Under the pieces are notes generated by a model. The model saw only the letters and a program-made list of their open reading frames with translations, made no database searches and was not told the DNA's origin. This document shows, in pieces, positions 1-9,065 of a stretch of DNA of 64,000 nt (position 1 is its first letter; each line of letters opens with the position of its first letter). This DNA is from Desulfocapsaceae bacterium (lineage in GTDB: Bacteria > Desulfobacterota > Desulfobulbia > Desulfobulbales > Desulfocapsaceae). Where the stretch lies: the NCBI GenBank assembly GCA_942490935.1, contig CALNZA010000020.1, positions 8,265 through 72,264 on the forward strand, in the 5' to 3' direction. The translations under genes were made by a program, and so were the position numbers.

Positions 1-1
1 T

Positions 2-889
2 CCAATTGATTATCCTGCCGTAGGTGACTGGGTTCTTGCTCATTTTTATGATGAAAATACATTCGCAATAATTCACGAAATCTTACCTCGTAAGTCTCTA
101 TTAAAACGGAAAACTCCGGGCAAAAAAGTTGACTTTCAGTTGATTGCCGCCAATATCGATGTTGCATTCATTGTTCAATCTCTAAATGATAATTTTAACC
201 TCCGGCGTCTTGAGCGTTATTTAGTCATGGTTAACGATGCTAAAATTCAACCGATTGTACTTTTGAGCAAAAGCGACCTGATCGATCACAACACCATCAC
301 AAACACAACAGAAGGCATTCACAGTAATATGCAACGCTTACAGGTCGTCCCCTTCAGTAACGAAAATGCATCCTATTTAGACAACGTAAAAGGAATTATG
401 CAGCCTGGTCTAACATATTGTCTACTGGGATCGTCTGGAGTTGGCAAAACAACTTTAATAAATAATCTGATAGGCAAATCAAAATATATAACAAAAACAG
501 TGAGCAAGAAAGAGAGTAAAGGACGTCATGCTACTACGCATAGGCAATTGATTAAGCTGGATTTTGGAGCATTGATAGTAGATACCCCAGGTATGCGAGA
601 GCTGGGAACCTTTTCGGTAGCAACAGGTCTTGGAGAAACCTTTTCCGAGATATCCGAGCTTTCAGAAAAATGCCAGTTTAATGATTGTACTCATGTTAAC
701 GAAAAAGGTTGTGCAATATTACATGCCATTGATAATGGTCAATTATCAGCGGAAAGATACCAGAACTACATAAAAATGAACAAGGAATCCACGTTCAGTG
801 AAATGTCATACCTGGAGAAAAGGAAAAAAGATAAACAGTTTGGAAAACTCATTAAAACGGTGATGAAGCATAAGAAAAGTCAGAGATAA
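2..889 (+). CDS. rsgA: Ribosome small subunit-dependent GTPase A family protein (5' end outside window)
   Basis: Frame open from base 2 (PAVGDWV); circularly permuted GTPase motifs SKSD, GSSGVGKT, GRHATT, DTPG; zinc finger CQFNDCTHVNEKGC. Confidence 0.92.
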   Translation, partial: PIDYPAVGDWVLAHFYDENTFAIIHEILPRKSLLKRKTPGKKVDFQLIAANIDVAFIVQSLNDNFNLRRLERYLVMVNDAKIQPIVLLSKSDLIDHNTITNTTEGIHSNMQRLQVVPFSNENASYLDNVKGIMQPGLTYCLLGSSGVGKTTLINNLIGKSKYITKTVSKKESKGRHATTHRQLIKLDFGALIVDTPGMRELGTFSVATGLGETFSEISELSEKCQFNDCTHVNEKGCAILHAIDNGQLSAERYQNYIKMNKESTFSEMSYLEKRKKDKQFGKLIKTVMKHKKSQR

Positions 890-943
890 CAAAAACACCA
901 GCAACAAGTTCTTTGGTGCCACTCGTGATGTAGGTCGTTCATG
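884..943 (+). mobile_element. Degenerate attC-like integron cassette site
   Basis: GATAAC overlapping the rsgA stop, ACACCA...TGATGT inner arms, then GTT at 937; about 60 bp. Confidence 0.4.
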
Positions 944-1026
944 TCGACTACGTCTCCATGAATTGCGGTGCTGACTTCGTCACCCCTTCGAACAGAAAAC
1001 ATGATTACACATTGGGGTAGCTGATC

Positions 1027-1356
1027 ATGAAAAACATTTTTCATTGTCTTGTTAGAAGTGTTCCTCTATCTGTAGTGATTATTGGCTTAGGGTATTTATT
1101 TGTACATTTCATCTTGAAAAACCCACAAAAACTTGACTTCACACTCTTTGTATTCGGTGCCATACCAATAGTTATTTTTTTACCAAGTGTATTTAGCCAA
1201 TCAAAAAGTGGTGCCTTGCACACACCTAAAGTGATATTCAGAAAAGTGGATACACTTGAGAGAAGAGGAAAGAAGGAAGCAGTTAACATATTTCCAGCGT
1301 TAAGTTATGTTATTGCCGGCATTTTAACGTGGATCTTTAGTTCAATAGTTTATTAA
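1027..1356 (+). CDS. Small hypothetical membrane protein (about 3 TM helices)
   Basis: 109 aa ORF with three hydrophobic segments and a GGGG-type RBS. Confidence 0.7.
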   Translation: MKNIFHCLVRSVPLSVVIIGLGYLFVHFILKNPQKLDFTLFVFGAIPIVIFLPSVFSQSKSGALHTPKVIFRKVDTLERRGKKEAVNIFPALSYVIAGILTWIFSSIVY

Positions 1357-1391
1357 TGAAATAACGCATAACCAGTCGTTACACCACACTC

Positions 1392-1419
1392 TGAACATCC
1401 CCCGATAAAGTAGACACCT
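1392..1419 (+). mobile_element. Possible orphan IS3-family terminal inverted repeat
   Basis: TGAACATCCCCCGATAAAGTAGACACCT resembles IS3-family ends; no transposase next to it. Confidence 0.3.
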
Positions 1420-1428
1420 GGAATTACA

Positions 1429-2325
1429 ATGCGAACACTTATATTTAAAAAAATTGATGCTTTTGCTTCAAACAACTCCTCGGGTAACCCTGCGGCAGTA
1501 GTATATCTTGAATCACTTGCAGAGCTCTCTGAAAACGAAATGCTTCAAATCGCAAAAGAGTTGAAAGGATTTGTCAGTGAAGTCGGGTATGTTTCTCCTG
1601 CTAAAGAAACGGATTACCAACTCAGGTATTTCTCTGCAGAACGAGAAGTCGCCTTCTGTGGTCATGCAACAATTGCCATTCTAAATGATATCATCGCTAA
1701 TAATGAAGCGATGCGTGCAAAAGCGACATTGACGATCGCAACTAACACTGATTGCTTACTGGTTGAAAACCATTATGATAATGACAAATGCGTGTATATT
1801 TCCGCACCACCACCCCGATTTTCGTCTAAAGTTGTCCACCCTGCAGATATTGCCTTAGCCCTGGGTTGCCAGACCGACAACCTTGACACACTGCAACCGA
1901 TTCAAATCGTCAATGGCGGATTAGAGACGCTCGTAGTCCCCATGTCTGGACTCGATTCAATTCTTTCAATTGCACCTGATATTCATATCCTCAATGAATT
2001 TTGCATTCAAATTGGAGTGGATATTATCATCCTCTATTCAACAGAAACAGCAGTCCCAGACTGCACGTATAGAACAAGGGTCTTTGCACCAACTTTTGGC
2101 TATATGGAAGACCCTGCCACAGGATCAGGAAACGCTGCGTTAGGGTATTATCTGTTGAAACACGACATGTGGAGTGGAAAGAAGATACGAATTGAACAAA
2201 ATGGATTATATGATACACCGAACTTCGTAATGCTTTTTGCCAAAGAAACAGACACAGATGATCCTCAAGTATGGTTTGGTGGGGGCGCAATCACAAAAAT
2301 TGACGGGAATTACCAGCTTAGTTGA
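1429..2325 (+). CDS. PhzF family isomerase/epimerase
   Basis: IDAF...GNPAAV, EVAFCGHAT and EDPATGS motifs. Confidence 0.92.
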   Translation: MRTLIFKKIDAFASNNSSGNPAAVVYLESLAELSENEMLQIAKELKGFVSEVGYVSPAKETDYQLRYFSAEREVAFCGHATIAILNDIIANNEAMRAKATLTIATNTDCLLVENHYDNDKCVYISAPPPRFSSKVVHPADIALALGCQTDNLDTLQPIQIVNGGLETLVVPMSGLDSILSIAPDIHILNEFCIQIGVDIIILYSTETAVPDCTYRTRVFAPTFGYMEDPATGSGNAALGYYLLKHDMWSGKKIRIEQNGLYDTPNFVMLFAKETDTDDPQVWFGGGAITKIDGNYQLS

Positions 2326-2342
2326 TGGTATTACCAAAAATA

Positions 2343-2407
2343 CTCTAACACTTCATTTAACATGGATTGCGGAAACGGCCCAGCAACTGTTTAATTCTGC
2401 GATTATG
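2343..2407 (+). mobile_element. Degenerate attC-like integron cassette site
   Basis: CTCTAAC, 5 nt, ATTTAAC...TTGCGG-loop-CCAGCAA...TTTAATT imperfect hairpin; R' box decayed (GATTATG). Confidence 0.45.
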
Positions 2408-2426
2408 CTCTTAGTTGGGGATCAAT

Positions 2427-3212
2427 TTGGGCTCTATAACCCTACATAACAATAAATTAATACACTACGAACTGATTGATGGGAGTTCAGACCTTCCCGT
2501 TTTAATTTTTCTCCATGAAGGATTAGGGTGTATTCCCATGTGGCAAAGTTTTCCAAAAGAGCTTTGCCGCATAACCAGATGTCCCGGTCTGCTGTATGAC
2601 AGAACAGGATACGGTAGTTCCTCCTCGCTGGATACAGTCCGTACCGTCAATTACCTGCATGATTATGCTCTTAATGAATTGCCTGAAGTTATAGATGCTG
2701 TCATTCCTGACAGGTCTCATATATTGATCGGACACTCTGACGGTGGAAGTATAAGCCTTATATATGGTTCTGAACGCCCCGCCCTGCTTAGAGGAATTGT
2801 GACCGAAGCCGCACATGTCTTTGTCGAATCTGAAACAATCGAAGGCATTCGAACAGCAAACGAAGCGTTCAAATGCGGTAAATTTAAAGGTCTATATAGA
2901 TATCACGGAGAGAAAACCAATCAACTGTTCAAGGCTTGGTCTGAAACGTGGCTAAGTGAGTGGTTTCGGCATTGGAATATTGAATACCTGTTACCATCTG
3001 TGACATGTCCGATGTTAGTAATTCAGGGTATGGATGACAAATATGGAACCGAATATCAGGTAAATTCTATCGTATCAAAATCATCAGGCAGTTCTGAAGC
3101 ATTGATACTAAAAAATTGCGGGCATACGCCGCATCTGGAATGTCCTGAGATACTGACACGTAAGGTCACGAAATTCATAAATGAAATCATAAATGAGAAG
3201 ATTACCATATGA
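2427..3212 (+). CDS. Alpha/beta fold hydrolase
   Basis: FLHEGLG, nucleophile motif GHSDGG, C-terminal GHTPH; start is TTG at 2427 or 2415. Confidence 0.9.
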   Translation: MGSITLHNNKLIHYELIDGSSDLPVLIFLHEGLGCIPMWQSFPKELCRITRCPGLLYDRTGYGSSSSLDTVRTVNYLHDYALNELPEVIDAVIPDRSHILIGHSDGGSISLIYGSERPALLRGIVTEAAHVFVESETIEGIRTANEAFKCGKFKGLYRYHGEKTNQLFKAWSETWLSEWFRHWNIEYLLPSVTCPMLVIQGMDDKYGTEYQVNSIVSKSSGSSEALILKNCGHTPHLECPEILTRKVTKFINEIINEKITI

Positions 3213-3313
3213 TCTACGCTGGTGAATATTTTGGCTAAGTTCCAGTTATATCTCCAAAATCACGACATAGAACAATTTAAAATTGACCTTAAATAAATGC
3301 CATAGAGGGGTGC

Positions 3314-3745
3314 ATGAAAAATAACGAAGCAAAAGCTGAAATAAACACTCTCCAGAAAATAGCGTTCGCAAACCCTTCACCTTTAGGGTTCCATTTACCT
3401 CAAATTAAAACTCCCAGCCAAGAAGAGTTGAATGATTACCGAAGTGCCTCAGTCTTTATGGAAGCATTAGCTGATGCAGCACTTGCATGGAAAGATAATT
3501 TACCAGAAGGTTATGAACCTGCGGTAATGGCGATTCTTAATGGAGGGATACAAATAGAAGTCCACGCATTAGCGCAAGTTAGTTTTCATGGAATTCGTAT
3601 AGATGGTACTTTTAATGGTAGTCCATGTTCAATGCTTAGCCATCAATCTACTGTTCAATTACTGTGTTATGCCTGTGAAGTACAACCCGAAGAAAAGAGA
3701 AATCCAATTGGCTTTATTTGGCAAGATCACGCTATAGAAGTCTAA
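3314..3745 (+). CDS. Hypothetical protein, DUF6173-like
   Basis: 143 aa with RBS GAGGGG; C-terminal HQSTVQLL...RNPIGF pattern. Confidence 0.6.
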   Translation: MKNNEAKAEINTLQKIAFANPSPLGFHLPQIKTPSQEELNDYRSASVFMEALADAALAWKDNLPEGYEPAVMAILNGGIQIEVHALAQVSFHGIRIDGTFNGSPCSMLSHQSTVQLLCYACEVQPEEKRNPIGFIWQDHAIEV

Positions 3746-3764
3746 ATTCGCCATTGATTACAGA

Positions 3765-4847
3765 TTACATCAACCTGATCTCACCTATATCAAGGATAAG
3801 AAACGGGGCAGGGTCAAGGTCCATTTCTTTGATATCTCGTTTCATATCAAGTGCCGGCAGTCCTGGCGGATTATCGCCAAGATGGAAGGTTCCCCACTGG
3901 GTCGGGATAAAAAAAACAGCACCAAGATCATGAAACGCTCGTATTGCCTCTTGCGTATCCATATGCGGATAATGCATAAACCAACGGGGTTCATATGCGG
4001 TTATCGGGAGTAGAGCGTAATCGATAGAATTAAATTTCTTGCCTATCTCACGATAGCCTTTGAAGTAACCACTGTCACCACCGAAATAGATGATGGTACC
4101 TGCTTTCTCTATCATATAGCTTCCCCAAAGAGTTTCGTTATACCCTTGGAAGAAACGTCTTGACCAATGTTGAGCGGGCAGACAGGTAAGCTTTGTACCA
4201 TCGCTTAAAGCAATCTCATCCCACCAGTTCATCTCTGTAACAGAACCTGAAACTCGTGATGCAATATACGTCCCTAGACCTTTTGGAACATAAAAAGATG
4301 TATTTTCTGGCAAATTAACGAGGGATTTTTCATCCAGATGGTCGTAGTGGTTATGGGAGATCACAACATTTAGCTTACCTTTCAGGCGTAGAAGCTCATT
4401 TGCCCGAATCGCAGGCGGCGTAATACGTTTAGGTAATAGTGCCCGGTCACTGAACATCGGGTCAGTAAGCCAGTATTCACCCTGAATCCGTATTAGAAAT
4501 GTCGCATGACCAATCCAGACAATGAAATCTGATGATGGATCTAACGCTTCAATACGTTCTATCAAATAAGGAATATTCTCTGGTCTGTTGTTTCTCGCCT
4601 CTTCACTATATGATGCAGTTTGCGAAAAGCGCCAGCGGAGGAATCGTGAAAAGGTCCTTTCCCCAGGGGCAAGCCATGGGTTAAAAAATTCGCCGTCGTT
4701 GTAATTATTTATATATAGGTCCTGGGCATCAGTATTTTCGACAGTTTCAACCCACTCTTTTTCGTCAAAAGGCAAGGGCTGAAAAAAGCAGGAAGATAGC
4801 AGTACCAGCACCGTTAAAGGTAGTAGATTGAGAAATACTCTGCACAT
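3765..4847 (-). CDS. MBL-fold metallohydrolase (RomA/NAPE-PLD-like), probable lipoprotein
   Basis: WIGHAT, LTDP, SHNHYDHLD, PAQHWS, GDSGY; lipobox-like LLSSC. Confidence 0.88.
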   Translation of the reverse strand: MCRVFLNLLPLTVLVLLSSCFFQPLPFDEKEWVETVENTDAQDLYINNYNDGEFFNPWLAPGERTFSRFLRWRFSQTASYSEEARNNRPENIPYLIERIEALDPSSDFIVWIGHATFLIRIQGEYWLTDPMFSDRALLPKRITPPAIRANELLRLKGKLNVVISHNHYDHLDEKSLVNLPENTSFYVPKGLGTYIASRVSGSVTEMNWWDEIALSDGTKLTCLPAQHWSRRFFQGYNETLWGSYMIEKAGTIIYFGGDSGYFKGYREIGKKFNSIDYALLPITAYEPRWFMHYPHMDTQEAIRAFHDLGAVFFIPTQWGTFHLGDNPPGLPALDMKRDIKEMDLDPAPFLILDIGEIRLM

Positions 4848-5418
4848 ATTGCTCTCCAGAAGAAACTGCCCGCTATTAGCTCGACGGTGCCTGATTGCGA
4901 TCTATACTCCAAGATAGTAATTCTTTAAGTTGAAAGCTATACGACCGATTTCCAAACTTATTTTTAAAAAATTCATAAGAAATCCTCCGACTAGCTGTTC
5001 CGGTATTATTACACTACTTACGCATGAGGCACCTTTGCCAACCTCTGTCTTAAAAAAAAGACTCCACTCCAAGCCTTAGACGCGCTTGGCATAACACCCT
5101 ATCTAGCTGTTTTAAAAGATAATCACCACGCAACATCCAATCACTGATTACACTACGTGCTTTTATCCAGTTGAAGAAAATACCTTGCAAACAAGGTAAA
5201 ACCCCTTAATTACTACACATATTACAACAGGAACAGCCCAGACCTAGGCTAATCTTTTTTTAAGGACTTACTGTCAATTCCACATTTTAGTACATGCAAA
5301 ATTTTTATCTTTGAAACCGAGAAAACATACGCACCTCACCTACCATTTGACAACATTTCAATTAGTTAGACATAAACTGACATCCCTCTTTTCTCAGAAA
5401 TGTTTTTCATTCCAATAT

Positions 5419-5434
5419 TGGCACTGTTGTTGCT
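5419..5434 (+). promoter_or_regulatory. Sigma54 (-24/-12) promoter
   Basis: TGGCAC-TGTTG-TTGCT, exact consensus spacing, about 105 nt upstream of the SBP gene. Confidence 0.75.
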
Positions 5435-5539
5435 TTATCGAGTCTGTTCAAAATTATTGAAAAATTCTTACGTAAATAACGCTTCGATCCGGAAACCAAC
5501 TCTTCAACGACTATATAAACTCTTTAATGAGTACCTCAT

Positions 5540-6358
5540 ATGAACATCGCAATCAACAGTATTGCCTATCGTATTATATTGTGCCTGGCTATCACATTCT
5601 CATTGAGTCCAGAGCCAGTCAACGCAAGCCAGACTATAAAACTTGCATCCACAGAATGGGAGCCATACACAGGAACGAGCCTACCGGATCACGGTTATTT
5701 TTCAGAAATTGTAAGCAAGGCTTTTGAGAGAATGGGCTACCAGGTTGAATTTGAATACTATCCCTGGGCACGTGCTTTACAGACAACACAACGAGGCAAT
5801 ATTGATGGCCTCATGACAGCCGATTTCACAGCAGAGCGCTCAGAATTATTAGATTTCACCATACCAGTTCAGACTATCAGAGAGGTATTCATCTCGTTAC
5901 ACGACAGCCCTGTGACCTTCAATGGCAACCTGGACTCGTTAAAAGGGTACACAATTGGAATAATGAGAGGATCTGCACAGGCGGACAAATTACTGGCTGC
6001 CGATATTGATGTGGAACTGGTTGCAACCCAGCATCAGAATGTTAAAAAACTGGTGCTCCGGAGAGTAGACGCTATCCTGCTGCCTGAAGAAGTTTTTTTC
6101 ACAATCCTTAAGCAAATAGACCCCGATTATAGTAAATCGAAATTTACGGTTCAGGCACCGGCTTTTACGACATATGATATGCATGTTGCTTTTTCAAAAA
6201 ACAGGGCTTGGCATAAGCAATTCACACAAGACTTTAATCAGGGGCTACAGCTCATCATAGAAGATGGCACGTATCATGTCATCCAACAGAAGCATTTGCA
6301 GCACACCACCAACACTGCATACTACCCCACAGCTGAGAGGAATACGCCTCACAACTAG
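5540..6358 (+). CDS. Periplasmic substrate-binding protein, family 3 (orphan)
   Basis: Signal peptide; WEPY, YPWARA, RRVDA, AFSK and DGTY motifs. Confidence 0.85.
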   Translation: MNIAINSIAYRIILCLAITFSLSPEPVNASQTIKLASTEWEPYTGTSLPDHGYFSEIVSKAFERMGYQVEFEYYPWARALQTTQRGNIDGLMTADFTAERSELLDFTIPVQTIREVFISLHDSPVTFNGNLDSLKGYTIGIMRGSAQADKLLAADIDVELVATQHQNVKKLVLRRVDAILLPEEVFFTILKQIDPDYSKSKFTVQAPAFTTYDMHVAFSKNRAWHKQFTQDFNQGLQLIIEDGTYHVIQQKHLQHTTNTAYYPTAERNTPHN

Positions 6359-6426
6359 TGGATAATAGATTATGATGAAAGTAAAGAAAGATAAAATCCA
6401 GGACAACGATTGAATACAATGAAAAG

Positions 6427-6468
6427 ATCCCCGTCTTCAGCTGCTCACAGGCAGCTGAAGACGGGGAT
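6427..6468 (-). terminator. Intrinsic terminator, possibly bidirectional
   Basis: Perfect 18-bp stem ATCCCCGTCTTCAGCTGC/GCAGCTGAAGACGGGGAT between convergent genes; short U tract on the minus strand. Confidence 0.8.
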
Positions 6469-6535
6469 ACACTAGTAAACGTAAAAACGACACTGCTTCA
6501 ATGGAATTGGACAGTCCTAACGTCAACCCAATACG

Positions 6536-6988
6536 CTAGTTAGAACTCGTAGCGCCCTGGCCCTGGCCCCAGCCACCACGTCCGCCACCTTTTCCACCTT
6601 TACGTCCCATTCCGCGGTCACCAGCACCCATCCTCGGACCAACATACTGGCTGACACCAGCTTCTACCGCTTGGGCACGCATTGCTGTGCGCAGATCAAA
6701 AAGCTCGCCGGTGAGTTTGGCAACAACAGCAGGATCAGGGTTGGCCCCTCTCATTATTGCTCGTTTTTCCGACTGCTTGACCACCATCTCTTTACGTAAT
6801 GCCGCAGTGTCGTTGTAGAAGGTGTCCAGCTTAGCTTGTACTGCCGGGTCAGCCTGCAGGCTGGACTGTAACTGCGGGCAGGTATCTGCATTATACCCTC
6901 TTCCACCACCGCGCCCCCAATTTGCTGATGAGACTGTTGCTATTGCAAGACCGGAAATCAATACTGCTGCTATGATTGTTTTTTTCAT
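6536..6988 (-). CDS. ZraP/Spy/CpxP-like periplasmic metal sensor/chaperone
   Basis: Signal peptide, helical core (LRKEMVVKQSEKRA...NPDPAVVAKLTGELFDLR), Gly/Met/Arg-rich tail. Confidence 0.8.
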   Translation of the reverse strand: MKKTIIAAVLISGLAIATVSSANWGRGGGRGYNADTCPQLQSSLQADPAVQAKLDTFYNDTAALRKEMVVKQSEKRAIMRGANPDPAVVAKLTGELFDLRTAMRAQAVEAGVSQYVGPRMGAGDRGMGRKGGKGGGRGGWGQGQGATSSN

Positions 6989-7073
6989 GTTGTTGCTCCT
7001 TTACTGTGTTTGGACTTGTTTAGGGTGTTGCCATCCCCGTCAAAATCAAGGGTCGTATCCTTTCCTTATTTAC

Positions 7074-7089
7074 AGCAAACACCATGCCA
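7074..7089 (-). promoter_or_regulatory. Sigma54 promoter of the zraP-like gene
   Basis: Minus strand reads TGGCAT-GGTGT-TTGCT; enterobacterial zraP is also sigma54-dependent. Confidence 0.75.
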
Positions 7090-7237
7090 CCCACAACACC
7101 ACAACCTTAACATATTAATATAACGTAATTTAATCATGCAGACGCATTCCAAACCATTCTTCTTTCCAGATTGTTCTGTATATTTTTTACCCACCTGCTT
7201 TATCACTGTTGAGTAGTTTTTCTCCACATGCAACATC

Positions 7238-7444
7238 CCAGAAACGAACGAGGAGGTGGCCTATGTTTTTGCCGAACGCATTCGACAAAACTTCACGAGC
7301 AAACTATCGCCAGATGTCCCCATTGTCGTTACCATTTCGCTTGGTGTCGCCCAATACGAGACTGATGATAACCTGGAAATGTTTACTGACAGGGCAGATA
7401 AAGCCCTTTATCATGCCAAAGCCACTGCCGAAATTAAACTGTGA
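7238..7444 (+). pseudogene. 3' fragment of a GGDEF diguanylate cyclase
   Basis: PETNEEVAYVFAERIR...VTISLGVAQY...RADKALYHAK is the C-terminal half of the domain; the GGDEF motif and N-terminus are missing. Confidence 0.8.
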
Positions 7445-7511
7445 GTTGGAGTTCACTTGCCGAGCAGTTTATCTAAGCCAAAAAACATTATACATATGTA
7501 AAGATATATAA

Positions 7512-7910
7512 TTACTCTTTATGCAGATCACGATGATGCACTTGAAGATCAGTTGTCTCTTTCTTCAGTAGAGCACCAAGCCTCTCCACCACAGCCACCG
7601 AACGATGTTGGCCACCAGTACACCCGATACCGATACGTACCGATTCTTTCCCAGCCAAACGGTTTTGCTCAATAAGAAACTGCAGCATCGGGGTAAGTCG
7701 ACTCAATAAGCCACGCCCCCCTTCACTCTCCAGGACATACTTTGAGACTTCAGCATCGCAACCGGTAAGGTGTCGCATTCCCTCCACCCAGTACGGATTG
7801 GGAAGGAAACGCACATCAAATACAACGGTTGCATCCTCCGGTGATCCATACTTGAACCCAAAAGAGTGGATCACCACACTGAATTTTTTATCTATTTCAA
7901 CTGAAGCCAT
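7512..7910 (-). CDS. Stand-alone RapZ C-terminal domain protein
   Basis: SFGFKYG, DVRFLPNPYW, GCTGGQHRSV, HRDL; no N-terminal P-loop domain. Confidence 0.85.
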   Translation of the reverse strand: MASVEIDKKFSVVIHSFGFKYGSPEDATVVFDVRFLPNPYWVEGMRHLTGCDAEVSKYVLESEGGRGLLSRLTPMLQFLIEQNRLAGKESVRIGIGCTGGQHRSVAVVERLGALLKKETTDLQVHHRDLHKE

Positions 7911-7972
7911 TTCTCCCCTTATTTTTGTTCAGGTCCAAGCAAATATTCATAACGTATTCAGATATCTTCAGT

Positions 7973-8878
7973 TCAACCAGAGGCAAGATGCACGACCTTT
8001 GGTTGAACCACGCGTCTCCCAGCTACCTGAAAATAAGGGATCGCTGGATAACCAAGACCTATAACACTATAGATTTCTTCGTCTGCAGGTATGCTCACAA
8101 GCCGTTTAATTATTGGCCTTCGCCGCATAGCCTCGACCACAAAGCCTATCAGACAACTGCCAAGTCCTAATGCGTGGGCCGCAAGCAGTATATTCTGAGT
8201 CGCCAACATTGCATCCTCACCAGGGCAACTTGCTGATCGTTTACCAGTGACAAGAAGAGCTGCAGAAGCACCATGAAAAAGCCTATCCACACCATCTTCA
8301 TCCCATTCTCGTAACGCTTCCCTGACAGAGGCATAGTAATTTCGATAATATTGTCCCAGTTTATCACCAGCAAACAGTATTGCCAAGAAACGATACAGAG
8401 GATTACTCGCCTGCACATTCAACTTCCGGTAAAAATCGGCTGTCAGTCCACCAAGTACCTCCACATCACTCCTCTCCGGCAGGATAACAAAGTTCCAGGA
8501 TTGGCTGTTAGTCCCTGAGGGTGCAGTAGTTCCTATCCTGACCAAATCTTCCAGGATACTCAATTCAACATTCTGCGAAGTATAGTTTCTGCAGGACCGC
8601 CGAGAGCGCATGAGCTGCACAAGACTATCACAATCGTAGTCACCCGGATTAACAACCTTCTGACTATCTGCAATGTTTTTCAGCCCGAGACGAGAAGCAA
8701 TGCCATCTACCTCAACGGCACCTTGTGGACACACAGCCTGACAATGGCCACATTCCATACAGTCGCCAGACAAGACAGAGGCAACATCCGCTTCAACTTG
8801 AAGTAGCTGATGTGGGCAGACATCAGCACACATTCCACAACCACTGCAGAGGTCCGGGTTTATAGTTACCTTTTTCAT
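7973..8878 (-). CDS. Nitroreductase family protein with N-terminal 2x[4Fe-4S] ferredoxin domain
   Basis: Two CxxCxxCxxxCP motifs; RRSCR, APSGTNSQ, GLGSC. Confidence 0.92.
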   Translation of the reverse strand: MKKVTINPDLCSGCGMCADVCPHQLLQVEADVASVLSGDCMECGHCQAVCPQGAVEVDGIASRLGLKNIADSQKVVNPGDYDCDSLVQLMRSRRSCRNYTSQNVELSILEDLVRIGTTAPSGTNSQSWNFVILPERSDVEVLGGLTADFYRKLNVQASNPLYRFLAILFAGDKLGQYYRNYYASVREALREWDEDGVDRLFHGASAALLVTGKRSASCPGEDAMLATQNILLAAHALGLGSCLIGFVVEAMRRRPIIKRLVSIPADEEIYSVIGLGYPAIPYFQVAGRRVVQPKVVHLASG

Positions 8879-9065
8879 CTACTTTTATCAGGTTTTCATG
8901 GGTAAGAATTTCTTAGGGGAAAGCATCTCCATCATAAAATAGTGCTACACAATACCCGCCCCGTGCAGTATTAACAAGTTCCTGTGAACAAGAAATACAA
9001 CAGGTTGAAATGGTGTTACCGGAATCTTTCAACCATCTCTCCATCGTAAAAACAGTAACCAGCAT

